Positions 1 to 8,799 of a DNA stretch of 64,000 nt are shown here, piece after piece. The translations under genes and the position numbers were made by a program. The stretch is from a virus (lineage: Duplodnaviria > Caudoviricetes): the IMG/VR virus record IMGVR_UViG_3300042946_000581, positions 34,691 through 98,690 of that record. The stretch is one strand, 5' to 3'. The first letter of the stretch is position 1, and each line of letters begins with the position of its first letter. The notes under the pieces were generated by a model, which ran no database searches, had not been told where the DNA came from, and worked only from the letters and a program-made list of their open reading frames with translations.

Positions 1-1
1 A

Positions 2-118
2 AAAAAGAAATATACTAATTTGGATTTTAATAAAAGTGAATCTGAGTTAACCAAAGAATTGGGATTTTCCAAAATATGGGATTGTGGATTATTTAAATAT
101 AAGATTAATTTTTTTTAA
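2..118 (+). CDS. 3' end of a truncated upstream gene, possibly a Hef-like homing endonuclease-type phage protein
   Basis: Frame 2 reads KKKYTNLDFNKSESELTKELGFSKIWDCGLFKYKINFF*. The K.E.E...G..(K/R)IWDCG..K ending resembles C-termini I recall from large-phage Hef-like proteins. Confidence 0.45.
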   Translation, partial: KKKYTNLDFNKSESELTKELGFSKIWDCGLFKYKINFF

Positions 119-126
119 TAATTATG

Positions 127-135
127 ATATTTATA
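127..135 (+). promoter_or_regulatory. putative late promoter ATATTTATA
   Basis: Motif 16 nt before the ATG at 152; it recurs before many structural genes. Confidence 0.6.
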
Positions 136-151
136 AAATAAAAGATTACTT

Positions 152-1318
152 ATGAGGTCTAACAATGATATAAGAATTAGAGCTATTTCCTACAATTTAA
201 AATATTTTTTTACAAATAAAGGTATTGTACAAATAGATAATAGGTTAAATGAAAACATTATTAAATATAATGCCAGTAATTTAAGTTATGGGATTAATAT
301 GTTGAGAGAAAATATGCAAGTTAAATTTAATTTGGGTTTAATTTCAATGGAAGATTATTTGTTTTCATCAAGAAAGTTTTTATACGAAATGATGAATAAA
401 ATAAATTCAAAAAATGGAACTAGTATATTAACAGAATGGGAAAGAAAATATAGTTCAGATACAAGAATTATTACTGAAAATTTTAATCCTAAAGATATAG
501 TTAAAAGTTATAATTTAGGTTGGTATGGTGTTGAGACATTGTACCAAGAAAGAATTAATAATTTAATTATTAAAGAAGACATATTGGGTAATATATGGGG
601 TGGTATTAAATCTTTTGCTGAATGGGGTTGGAATAACATTAAAGACACAATTACTAAGGCAATGACGTGTACTTCAGGTCAGGGGGCTATTGAATGTTTT
701 ATGGAAGGGTTAAGAACTGTTGCAACGTCATTATTGGGTGTTGGTGTGTTAACTGGTGTGTCATTTATTTCTCCGATAGGACAAATTCCAAATCTTATTA
801 TATTTGGGGCTTTATTAATTTATGATATATGGAAAATGATGACAGGTAAAGAATATAAAGTCGTTGATATTGTTGTTGATATTGTTTCATTATTAACACC
901 ATTAATCGCCAAAGGATTGGGGTCATTACTTAAAGGTGTTTCTAATTTTGTTGGTTTGGGTAAATTGGCGGCAACTAGTGGGGGTGTTTTGAGTAAATTC
1001 CTTCCAACTTTGATGAAAGGATTAGGTAGTTTATCTGGTATTATTAGTAAAGTTGTAAGTTTTTTTTCCATCAAATTGGGTATAAAATGGATTGCGGATA
1101 TGTCAAGTACAACAACACAAGGTTTGGAAAAAATTACTGATGAAGTACAAGAAGGAATAGATTCTGAAAAAGAAAAATTAAAAGGTAGTGACGATTTAGG
1201 TGACTTAGATGATATGGACGATTTAGACGATTTGGAGGATGAAAATATTGATGGTTTTGGTGATGAGGAAGAAGATATTGATGGTGATTTAAATATGCCT
1301 AATGATAAACCAATGTAG
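152..1318 (+). CDS. hypothetical virion-associated protein with a long hydrophobic/amphipathic helical core and an acidic tail
   Basis: 388-aa ORF; hydrophobic block LLGVGVLTGVSFISPIGQIPNLIIFGALLIYDIW; D/E-rich C-terminus; several [IL]xE sites in the N-terminal part. Confidence 0.6.
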   Translation: MRSNNDIRIRAISYNLKYFFTNKGIVQIDNRLNENIIKYNASNLSYGINMLRENMQVKFNLGLISMEDYLFSSRKFLYEMMNKINSKNGTSILTEWERKYSSDTRIITENFNPKDIVKSYNLGWYGVETLYQERINNLIIKEDILGNIWGGIKSFAEWGWNNIKDTITKAMTCTSGQGAIECFMEGLRTVATSLLGVGVLTGVSFISPIGQIPNLIIFGALLIYDIWKMMTGKEYKVVDIVVDIVSLLTPLIAKGLGSLLKGVSNFVGLGKLAATSGGVLSKFLPTLMKGLGSLSGIISKVVSFFSIKLGIKWIADMSSTTTQGLEKITDEVQEGIDSEKEKLKGSDDLGDLDDMDDLDDLEDENIDGFGDEEEDIDGDLNMPNDKPM

Positions 1319-1362
1319 TCAAAAAAAAAATAAAATAACCTATAATTTTTAAAGAAATTAAC

Positions 1363-1371
1363 ATATTTATA
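1363..1371 (+). promoter_or_regulatory. putative late promoter ATATTTATA
   Basis: 14 nt before the ATG at 1386. Confidence 0.6.
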
Positions 1372-1385
1372 TTAAAACAATTATT

Positions 1386-2789
1386 ATGAAAAAACTATAT
1401 TTTTTAAACGAAGAAGAAAAACAAAGAATCTTAAAATTACATAAAAGCCGTCAAGTTGGTAAATTTTGGTTAAATGAACAAGCTTTAGATAATCCAGATG
1501 AAACTATGGAAACGGGATTACCTAGAGGTACTTGGACAAAAGAGCAAGCTTCAATGTTTGATTTGGTTATTAATAATTATAAAAAGATGAGTGCTGGAGA
1601 AAGAGATAGATTCATAAATGGTATAAAAAGTTTTTGTGCTGACAATGTTTTTGGTAGTCCAACTATGAGTACTACCGCTTTAAAAGCTAATGGTAAGGCT
1701 TTTGAAATTTTGATGAAAAGAAACGCATACACAATTGCTATTTTTAGTGGAGGTAGAGGGTTTGCCAATCCTAAAGAATTAGTCCCTTATTTTCAAGAAT
1801 TAAAGAATATACCAAATTTTTGTTGGTCTGTAAAAAACATTACAGATTTAAGGGGGGAAGAAACTATTATAGATATCGCTGATGAGATTTTTAATGAAAC
1901 AGATTTTGTTGCTAATTTTATAAACCCAGTAAAAGCATTAGCCATAGCAACAAAAATTGCTACATATGATACTGAAGAAGGTGAAAAAATTAAAGCTAAA
2001 GGAGGTGTTGATGATGCGGAATGGGAAAAAACGCAATTAGAGTTTTATAAAACATATCCTTGTTTGGCGGATGTTGCTGTTGCAAGTAAAGCTAAAAATG
2101 CTATAGTAGTTCAAAACCCAAGTGAACACGAACAAATCATTGACCAATCTCAAAGAAAACGAACAAATATTACTGACAAGACAACTTTTATGTCGGATGG
2201 TACTTATATTACATATACTGATGCCAAGGCTAATGCTTTAAGTGGAAAATTTCAATGTTCACGTGATGGAGAATTAACACTATTGTATCCCGGTAAAGTT
2301 GGCATGGGTAGTGAAGGTGGTATATATTCTAAATGGCCTTGTTTAGGACAATCTAGAAAAGATGGAACTCCATATACTGAAATTGACTCTAGTGATAATA
2401 ATCAAGCAATTATGGCGGATGAGGAAAGAAAGACACATCCAATATTTAGTGGTTACCCAGAAGGTGATATCTACTTTAGTATTGATGGGACTTTCTTAAC
2501 TGAAAATGATTTTAATAATGACCTTGATAAATCAGGTAGATTTAAATGTAAATCAAAAGGTAGAATTTTTGCGGCACCATTTAAAGGTGTATCAACAGAA
2601 CCAATCAAACCTAATCCAATTGTAACAACAACCAATAGAGGAGGTAGTAAAACTGCAGGTGGTATGGGAACAGTTTCAGCATCTCCATCATACATTAGTG
2701 AAATATTAAAATGTGCTAAGATTGGAGGTTCTACTTTAGACCAAAACGCATTAAATCAGTTATATGATTACATAAAAAATAATAAATAA
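1386..2789 (+). CDS. putative internal head protein with two Cys-bracketed repeats
   Basis: Leader MKKLYFLNEEEKQRILKLH...WLNE; two [YW]PCL...F..DGT...SG[KR]F.C repeats; C-terminus similar to that of 3131..4144. Confidence 0.6.
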   Translation: MKKLYFLNEEEKQRILKLHKSRQVGKFWLNEQALDNPDETMETGLPRGTWTKEQASMFDLVINNYKKMSAGERDRFINGIKSFCADNVFGSPTMSTTALKANGKAFEILMKRNAYTIAIFSGGRGFANPKELVPYFQELKNIPNFCWSVKNITDLRGEETIIDIADEIFNETDFVANFINPVKALAIATKIATYDTEEGEKIKAKGGVDDAEWEKTQLEFYKTYPCLADVAVASKAKNAIVVQNPSEHEQIIDQSQRKRTNITDKTTFMSDGTYITYTDAKANALSGKFQCSRDGELTLLYPGKVGMGSEGGIYSKWPCLGQSRKDGTPYTEIDSSDNNQAIMADEERKTHPIFSGYPEGDIYFSIDGTFLTENDFNNDLDKSGRFKCKSKGRIFAAPFKGVSTEPIKPNPIVTTTNRGGSKTAGGMGTVSASPSYISEILKCAKIGGSTLDQNALNQLYDYIKNNK

Positions 2790-2806
2790 TAATCAAACAA
2801 AGAAAT

Positions 2807-3121
2807 ATGAGACTATTAATAAGTGAAAGTGAAAAAAGTAGAATTTTAAATTTACATAGACCAAAATTCTTATTTGAGCAATCAACAAATATAACTATTA
2901 GTGATTTACAATCATTGATTGGCGTAAGTATAGATAACAATCTAGGACCTCAAACCGCAAATAAATTATTAGAAGTATTAAAAAGTATTCCTGGTAATGG
3001 TTGTAGTGCTAATTTTGTTCCTCCAACAGGAGGAGGAGGTAGTGGGACAATTAAACCAATTGGGACTAATACGGGCGGTAGTTCTAACTTTATAAAAAGC
3101 CCAACTAATTACGAAAAATAA
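2807..3121 (+). CDS. small protein with a peptidoglycan-binding-domain-like motif
   Basis: Leader ISESEKSRILNLH..LFE, then ISDLQSLIGVSIDNNLGPQT (PG_binding_1-like). Confidence 0.55.
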   Translation: MRLLISESEKSRILNLHRPKFLFEQSTNITISDLQSLIGVSIDNNLGPQTANKLLEVLKSIPGNGCSANFVPPTGGGGSGTIKPIGTNTGGSSNFIKSPTNYEK

Positions 3122-3130
3122 ATTTTAATT

Positions 3131-4144
3131 ATGAATAGAAGTTATAGTAAAATAAGGAACATTAATAGTGTTAATTATTTATTGGAACAAAAATATCTTG
3201 AGGATAAACGAAATACTGATAGAGGTGTTTTGGTTGAACAACAACCTGAAGAAGATAATTGGTTTAATAATATGAATAGTTCTTATTTTGACAGATCAGC
3301 AAATAAGGATTATAGTAAATTTCCTTGTGTCTCATCATTAAAAATTGCTAAAGGTAATCGATTAAGATTTGACGCAAATTATTACTATTTCCCAAATGGG
3401 AACTATGCAACTATTGCTGATGTTAACAAATATTCTCAAGATTATGCTAATAATCCAAACACAACACTAAATTATGCTGGTACATATAGTTGTAAAGAAA
3501 CTATAAATGATATCACAAATCAAAAAACATCTTCAATACAAAGGTCAGAAAATCCAAAAAAAGAATTAGCTAGTTCAACAGAAACTATGGCAGCTGCAGC
3601 AGAAAGACAAAGAAAAGAACTAGGGTATGGAGAGGGTAAAGGTGATGAAGGTAATTGGAAAAATACAAGATGTGCTTTAACTATGGGAACTACATCTAAG
3701 ACACCTACAACTAGTCCAAATTACCCAGGTAAAGAACATATTTATTATGATGTAAAAGATGCTGACTTATCAATATTCAATGGATACCTTGAGGATGATG
3801 ATGTTCATGAGGTATATTTATTTAATACTGGAGTGTTTTATGTGGGGTCAACACCATATCCTAAGTACCAACGAGGACCAAGTGATGAAAATAAATTTTA
3901 TAAGTATACTTGTGTTGGTGGTAAAGTAAAACCAACAAAAGAAATTATTGGTATTGAGGGTAGTCAAGATAGAAATAGTACTCAGTCCACAACTAGTGGA
4001 GGTGGTTTTGGTACAGTATATCCTAATGTGTTCACACCAAATGTTGTTAGTACTATCAGAACAAAAATCGGTTCGGGTGAAACTTCACCAACTTTAACAC
4101 AAACAGACATAAATTTATTGTATACCGCAATAGAAAACGCTTAA
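3131..4144 (+). CDS. paralogue of 1386..2789 (Cys-bracketed repeats)
   Basis: FPCV...YFPNGNY...GTYSC plus a second repeat; C-terminus GGGFGTV...TLTQTDINLLYTAI matches 1386..2789. Confidence 0.6.
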   Translation: MNRSYSKIRNINSVNYLLEQKYLEDKRNTDRGVLVEQQPEEDNWFNNMNSSYFDRSANKDYSKFPCVSSLKIAKGNRLRFDANYYYFPNGNYATIADVNKYSQDYANNPNTTLNYAGTYSCKETINDITNQKTSSIQRSENPKKELASSTETMAAAAERQRKELGYGEGKGDEGNWKNTRCALTMGTTSKTPTTSPNYPGKEHIYYDVKDADLSIFNGYLEDDDVHEVYLFNTGVFYVGSTPYPKYQRGPSDENKFYKYTCVGGKVKPTKEIIGIEGSQDRNSTQSTTSGGGFGTVYPNVFTPNVVSTIRTKIGSGETSPTLTQTDINLLYTAIENA

Positions 4145-4156
4145 TAAAAAATAATT

Positions 4157-4630
4157 ATGAAACAAAATATGATGATATTATCTGAACGTGAAATACAAAA
4201 ATTGGTTAAACAAATATTGTTAAAAGAACAATCAGGTGCTAATAGGACTATTACTGATATACAAAATTTATTAATACGTAAAGGACGTAGAGAAGTTGGT
4301 ACTAGTGATGGAAAAGCTGGTCTAAATACATTAACAGCAATTAATAATGCTCTAAATTTAGGTCTTAATCTTTATAGACCACAAGCGGCTAAACAAAATA
4401 CACAAACAAATGTTCAACAAAATATCATGAAAAGTCCAAGTGCTGTAGATTTTGAAAAAATTAATCCCGCATCGAAAGATGGTAATTTACAGGGTGTTAC
4501 TACGAATCAAGGGACTGAAATAACTCCGGCTAAACAAAATGATTATGCCGCTAATAATTTGACAGGTAAAAAAGAATATGTCGCACCTACTTTAACTGAT
4601 CAAAGTAAAATAGTGGGTTTAACTGATTAA
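4157..4630 (+). CDS. peptidoglycan-binding-domain-like protein, paralogue of 2807..3121
   Basis: Leader LSEREIQKLVKQILLKE, then ITDIQNLLIRKG...DGKAGLNTLTAI. Confidence 0.6.
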   Translation: MKQNMMILSEREIQKLVKQILLKEQSGANRTITDIQNLLIRKGRREVGTSDGKAGLNTLTAINNALNLGLNLYRPQAAKQNTQTNVQQNIMKSPSAVDFEKINPASKDGNLQGVTTNQGTEITPAKQNDYAANNLTGKKEYVAPTLTDQSKIVGLTD

Positions 4631-4635
4631 AATAT

Positions 4636-4661
4636 AGGTGAAGTTAATCTTCACCTTTTTT
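4636..4661 (+). terminator. intrinsic terminator
   Basis: AGGTGAAG-ttaat-CTTCACCT followed by a T-run just after the stop at 4630. Confidence 0.7.
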
Positions 4662-4868
4662 ATTTTCCGATAATATTCTAATACTTTTTGATATTATTTC
4701 AGATTCCCCAAGTGAGTACATTCCATTATGATAGGCATACTTAACCGCTTGTACGATTAAGAATATTGCTTGTTCTCTATCCATCACATCAATTAATGTT
4801 TGTAGATGGTTTTCTGTTAATAGAGGTACTGAATTAAATAATTTACCGTAAATTTTTTCTTGTTCCAT
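4644..4868 (-). CDS. hypothetical protein
   Basis: 74-aa ORF filling the gap between two + strand genes. Confidence 0.6.
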   Translation of the reverse strand: MEQEKIYGKLFNSVPLLTENHLQTLIDVMDREQAIFLIVQAVKYAYHNGMYSLGESEIISKSIRILSENKKGED

Positions 4869-4870
4869 AG

Positions 4871-4885
4871 ATATTTATATTTATA
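4871..4885 (+). promoter_or_regulatory. tandem putative late promoter motifs
   Basis: Two overlapping ATATTTATA copies 12 nt before the ATG at 4898. Confidence 0.55.
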
Positions 4886-4897
4886 ATTTCATTTGTA

Positions 4898-5788
4898 ATG
4901 ATAGATAAAATAAAAAATATAGTCAAAAAAATATTAACCGAGGCAACAAGTGAATCAGGTTCAAGAGGTTCATTTATCGCTCCTCTAAGAATGGGGAAGA
5001 GAATATTTAAAAAATCGGAATTAGGTCCATATAGTGAATCTGTATCAAAGTATTATAGTCAAGAATTGGCAACTGATAGTTATGATGGTAAGATGTCAAC
5101 ATCCAAGAAGGACATCAAAAAAATTGAATCTAAGGCAAAAAAGGCTTCAATCTATGCCAAGAATCATCCAATACAAAATGATGACGATGGGGAGGTAATT
5201 AACCCCTATCCAAAGGGTAAATCAAAAAAAATAAATGAAGCGACATTTGGATATGGTGGGGAATATAACGCACCACTTGAGATTGGAATGAAAAAATGGA
5301 AGAATCCTGAATTACAACCATTTTCAGATTTTGTTGATACTGAAGCAAATATAAATAAAGTTAAGTCAACAACCAAAAACAATATAAGAAGAACTGTTGG
5401 AATGTGGGAGAAAGGGAAGGATGGTAGTTATAAAATTGATAAACATTATGTCCATACGGTTAATGAGTGGGATTATGAAGAAGCCCCAATATTAACTGAA
5501 GATTTGGCAGTATGGTTTGGAACAAAGAAAAAACCCAAGGGGTCATCACAACCAAAAGGACCTTGGGTTAATATTTGTAGAAAGGTAGATGGTAAACACC
5601 CACCTTGTGGAAGGAGTGAGGCTGATACCAAGAGTTATCCTAAATGTAGGGCGGCTGGTGTTGCTGGTAAGATGTCAGATTCTGAGAAGAAATCGGCTTG
5701 TGCTCAGAAACGTAGAGCTGAAAAGAAAGACCCCAAAATTGGAACTGGTAACAAACCGACTATGACTTCTTATAAACCTAAGAAATAA
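4898..5788 (+). CDS. multi-module basic protein (two APL.+G repeats plus a Cys-containing basic domain)
   Basis: Modules begin after ILTE, KINE and ILTE; last module DLAVWF...PWVNIC...PCGR...YPKC. Confidence 0.6.
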   Translation: MIDKIKNIVKKILTEATSESGSRGSFIAPLRMGKRIFKKSELGPYSESVSKYYSQELATDSYDGKMSTSKKDIKKIESKAKKASIYAKNHPIQNDDDGEVINPYPKGKSKKINEATFGYGGEYNAPLEIGMKKWKNPELQPFSDFVDTEANINKVKSTTKNNIRRTVGMWEKGKDGSYKIDKHYVHTVNEWDYEEAPILTEDLAVWFGTKKKPKGSSQPKGPWVNICRKVDGKHPPCGRSEADTKSYPKCRAAGVAGKMSDSEKKSACAQKRRAEKKDPKIGTGNKPTMTSYKPKK

Positions 5789-6202
5789 TTATTGTCTTAT
5801 TTTATTAAGTATTACGTCCAAGGAGTGAACAATTTGTGACATAATTTCATCCTCATCTTTTTGACGTATTGTTTCAACTTTTTCATCATACATTTTAGTG
5901 AACCTATCATAATTTCTATCACTTATAATAATATCATGATGATGAACGTGATTTGTTATACTCAATAATTTCCCATCCAATATTAAAAATAACCCCAAAG
6001 TTTTATTTATGATATATCTCTTTTTGCTTAAGAAAGTAAGTCTAAAATGAGAATCTGGATGTAGAATCAATAGTCGTGCAATTGACATACATTTTTTTTG
6101 AGTCTCGGAGACTTTGTCATAATCTGGGTTATTCATTTTTCTATTGAAAAGAACCCATTTAACGTAACTACGTTTTAAAAACCTTTTTATAAATTTTTTC
6201 AT
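5789..6202 (-). CDS. hypothetical protein, probably early-expressed
   Basis: 137-aa ORF preceded by a Bacteroidota-type promoter. Confidence 0.65.
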   Translation of the reverse strand: MKKFIKRFLKRSYVKWVLFNRKMNNPDYDKVSETQKKCMSIARLLILHPDSHFRLTFLSKKRYIINKTLGLFLILDGKLLSITNHVHHHDIIISDRNYDRFTKMYDEKVETIRQKDEDEIMSQIVHSLDVILNKIRQ

Positions 6203-6226
6203 AAGATGTTATTTTTTGATTCATCA

Positions 6227-6258
6227 CAAATATAAAAAGGTTTTCTTATTAAAACAAA
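6227..6258 (-). promoter_or_regulatory. Bacteroidota sigma-A promoter (TTTG-N20-TATATTTG)
   Basis: Minus strand TTTG (6258-6255), 20-nt spacer, TATATTTG (6234-6227); matches the -33/-7 consensus. Confidence 0.7.
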
Positions 6259-6283
6259 AAAAGGTAGAAAAATATTTCTACCT
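6256..6283 (-). terminator. intrinsic terminator
   Basis: AGGTAGAAA/TTTCTACCT stem with a T-run on the minus strand, downstream of 6308..6778. Confidence 0.7.
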
Positions 6284-6307
6284 CTTTAAATATAAAAAAA
6301 ATAGTAA

Positions 6308-6778
6308 TTAACAATAAGGTGGTGAACATTTCTTTTTACCATCTAACCCAGGTTTTGTTCCTTTACAAACTTGAACTCCGTAACCATTACTATAAGCACT
6401 GGGGTAGACTTTAAATTTGGCTTTGGCTGCAGCTTTTCCTCTAGCACATAGTTTTGTTCCAGTTTTCTTTTTTCCTTCATTCATAACCATATTTCCTTCT
6501 TCATCATAGAATTCATCCGCATATTGAGTTTCGTTCATAAGGAAGTCAAATACTTGGTCTAGGTTTTCTTTTGCTGTTGCGATATGGTCATCAGCCCAAT
6601 CGTGACCACCTTGAAGTATTTTTTCTACTTGCATTGGGTCTAATTCTAATAACAATTGTGCTTGTCTTATCATTTGTTCAAGATTACTAAAAAACATATA
6701 GTTTTGTACTTTTCCATAATCTTTTTCGTTAACTATTTTTTTAACTAGATTGTTAAGTTGTGATTCTGTGATTCTCAT
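6308..6778 (-). CDS. two-module protein with an ITESQ leader and a basic C-terminal AKAKFKVYPSAY domain
   Basis: Leader MRITESQLNNLVKKIVNE; after VMNE comes GKKKTGTKLCARGKAAAKAKFKVYPSAYSNGY. Confidence 0.65.
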   Translation of the reverse strand: MRITESQLNNLVKKIVNEKDYGKVQNYMFFSNLEQMIRQAQLLLELDPMQVEKILQGGHDWADDHIATAKENLDQVFDFLMNETQYADEFYDEEGNMVMNEGKKKTGTKLCARGKAAAKAKFKVYPSAYSNGYGVQVCKGTKPGLDGKKKCSPPYC

Positions 6779-6783
6779 ATAAT

Positions 6784-8583
6784 TTAATTGTTTAAACCAT
6801 TAGGACCACCTAATGTTATTGCGTTTAGTTGTACTACTGCTTGACCACTACCATTAGTCCAAGTTGGATGTGGTGGGTGAATTATTGTTGCGGTATATCC
6901 AGTACCATCCCAACAAACACTACAAATTGTTGCTTCTGTTCCTGCTGAAATAGTTGGTAATGGTGTTGGTGGGGCTGGTCTTGGATTGAATATTGTGCAA
7001 ATATTACAATTTAAATATTGTTGACTAACGGATAATAAATTACCAATTGGTGTTAATGGACAAACATCAACAATTGTTCTACAAAGTCCATTTGAGTCTA
7101 AGAAACAATCTGAATAAGAACCATTGAAACCTCCATAATTTGTTGTTTGAGTCCAAGCGGTATATGTTAAATCAACAACTTCTGATTCTAGGGTAAAACA
7201 ATCTAGTGTTCTAATACCAATTGTTGTGTTGTAACAATCTTCACAAGTATTGAAATTTGTATTGGTGTGAAAATAAATGTTGGAACTAACTAATCCCGTG
7301 ACATCTTGAATTAATGTTGCACATAGGAAATTTGTTTCACCCCATAATGTTTGAACAGTATCTCCAGTTGTAAACGTCCCATCGGTTGTTGTTATATAAA
7401 TAATAGTACCCAAATTACATATTTCCGCTTCCCAAACAAAATAACTTGGGTCTGATGTTAAACAATCTGTTTTAGTTAATAAACTATAGAAAGTATCGTA
7501 AAAAGTACTTGCCGTAATCGTATTTAATGTTACCGCAAATTCATCATAACTTGGGTGATAAAATGCTGTGTTCCCACTGATATATTCATATGATAATATT
7601 TCACCAACTTTAACAAGAGGGTCTGAACATAACGCGTATTCATAAAAAACACCATGACATTCCACACAGGCTTGACAATCTGGTTGGGGTTCAAAGTCTA
7701 AAAATAATGTTTGAGTTACCGCACTTGTAGTTGCACTAATAACTTCATAACATCCCCCACCTAATTGTAAATTAGATACTGCCCCATTTTGAAATAATTG
7801 AGAACCCCAAACAACTTCTTGTATGTCTGAATTTACACAATTTTCTATTATAAACTTTTCATTTTTAACGTCCAAGCAAACATCACATATTGTATCTTCA
7901 GGAAATAAACTTACAAACGTGTGTGTTGGTATTATTGATGGTGATACGCCCACTATGTTACCACAAAATTCATCAGTACCATTAGTATATGAAATTAATC
8001 GGTTAGTAAGATTGGATGGGAGTTGTACGGTATCAAATGTTGTAGGTTCAGTACATCTTTCTACGATATAAATTAATGGACTATTACTTACACAATCTTC
8101 ACACGAGGTAAATGCCGATACACTTAATACAGTGTTGGAAATTAAATTGTCTGTTTGTAGTATTTTATATTCCTCTTGGGTGAGTAATCCTATTTCTCCT
8201 TCAAAACAGCCAATAATAGGATTACCATCAAGGATGGAATCAATAAAATAAGTTCCTCTATTAACAAAATATGAAAAAAATGCTGGGGTAAAGGCACTTA
8301 CATCAAAGTAAATACGACCTTCTCCGCCACAACTAAAAAAACTAAAAATACCGTAATTATTATTGTAACAATCATAACAAGTCGCGTATTCCGTTTGTAA
8401 CAATGAGTTTGATCCTAGTTCATCAGTTAAACTTGTTATTTCAACACAACCTGTAAATTCTTCTTTGAAGAGGCCATTACTTTCCGTATACCAAATCTCA
8501 CCAATGTTAACTACATTACCATTAAAATTTAATCCGTAGGTATTACCTGTAATAAAACAATCAATAGCATTTATTGTCGCCAT
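6784..8583 (-). CDS. Cys-rich repeat virion/decoration protein
   Basis: Repeated modules ending TCxxC (TCYDC, SCEDC, ICDVC, DCQAC, TCEDC, NCNIC); Pro/Thr linker; C-terminal domain shared with 8590..8772. Confidence 0.65.
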   Translation of the reverse strand: MATINAIDCFITGNTYGLNFNGNVVNIGEIWYTESNGLFKEEFTGCVEITSLTDELGSNSLLQTEYATCYDCYNNNYGIFSFFSCGGEGRIYFDVSAFTPAFFSYFVNRGTYFIDSILDGNPIIGCFEGEIGLLTQEEYKILQTDNLISNTVLSVSAFTSCEDCVSNSPLIYIVERCTEPTTFDTVQLPSNLTNRLISYTNGTDEFCGNIVGVSPSIIPTHTFVSLFPEDTICDVCLDVKNEKFIIENCVNSDIQEVVWGSQLFQNGAVSNLQLGGGCYEVISATTSAVTQTLFLDFEPQPDCQACVECHGVFYEYALCSDPLVKVGEILSYEYISGNTAFYHPSYDEFAVTLNTITASTFYDTFYSLLTKTDCLTSDPSYFVWEAEICNLGTIIYITTTDGTFTTGDTVQTLWGETNFLCATLIQDVTGLVSSNIYFHTNTNFNTCEDCYNTTIGIRTLDCFTLESEVVDLTYTAWTQTTNYGGFNGSYSDCFLDSNGLCRTIVDVCPLTPIGNLLSVSQQYLNCNICTIFNPRPAPPTPLPTISAGTEATICSVCWDGTGYTATIIHPPHPTWTNGSGQAVVQLNAITLGGPNGLNN

Positions 8584-8589
8584 TTTTTT

Positions 8590-8772
8590 TTAAGAATTTA
8601 AACCATTTATTCCGCCCAATGTTACGGCATTTAATTGGATGACAACATTATTTTGTCCATCAGTCCAAATTGGATGAGGGGGAATTATTTCTTGTGTTGA
8701 CCCACTACAAATTTCACATATGATAACTTCAGTGTTGGCACTAGTACCTGTTGGATAAAAATAATCTGCCAT
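8590..8772 (-). CDS. small protein equal to the stand-alone C-terminal domain of 6784..8583
   Basis: SANTEVIICEIC...PPHPIWTDGQNNVVIQLNAVTLGGINGLNS; has its own late motif upstream. Confidence 0.7.
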   Translation of the reverse strand: MADYFYPTGTSANTEVIICEICSGSTQEIIPPHPIWTDGQNNVVIQLNAVTLGGINGLNS

Positions 8773-8783
8773 AATTTTTTATT

Positions 8784-8792
8784 TATAAATAT
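8784..8792 (-). promoter_or_regulatory. putative late promoter ATATTTATA
   Basis: 11 nt before the ATG at 8772. Confidence 0.6.
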
Positions 8793-8799
8793 TAACTTA

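Noticed and set aside
6784-8772. Diversity-generating retroelement TR/VR pair (8590-8690 versus 6784-6880)
   Set aside because: Differences are not adenine-specific, many are synonymous, both copies are intact ORFs, and there is no reverse transcriptase in the window.
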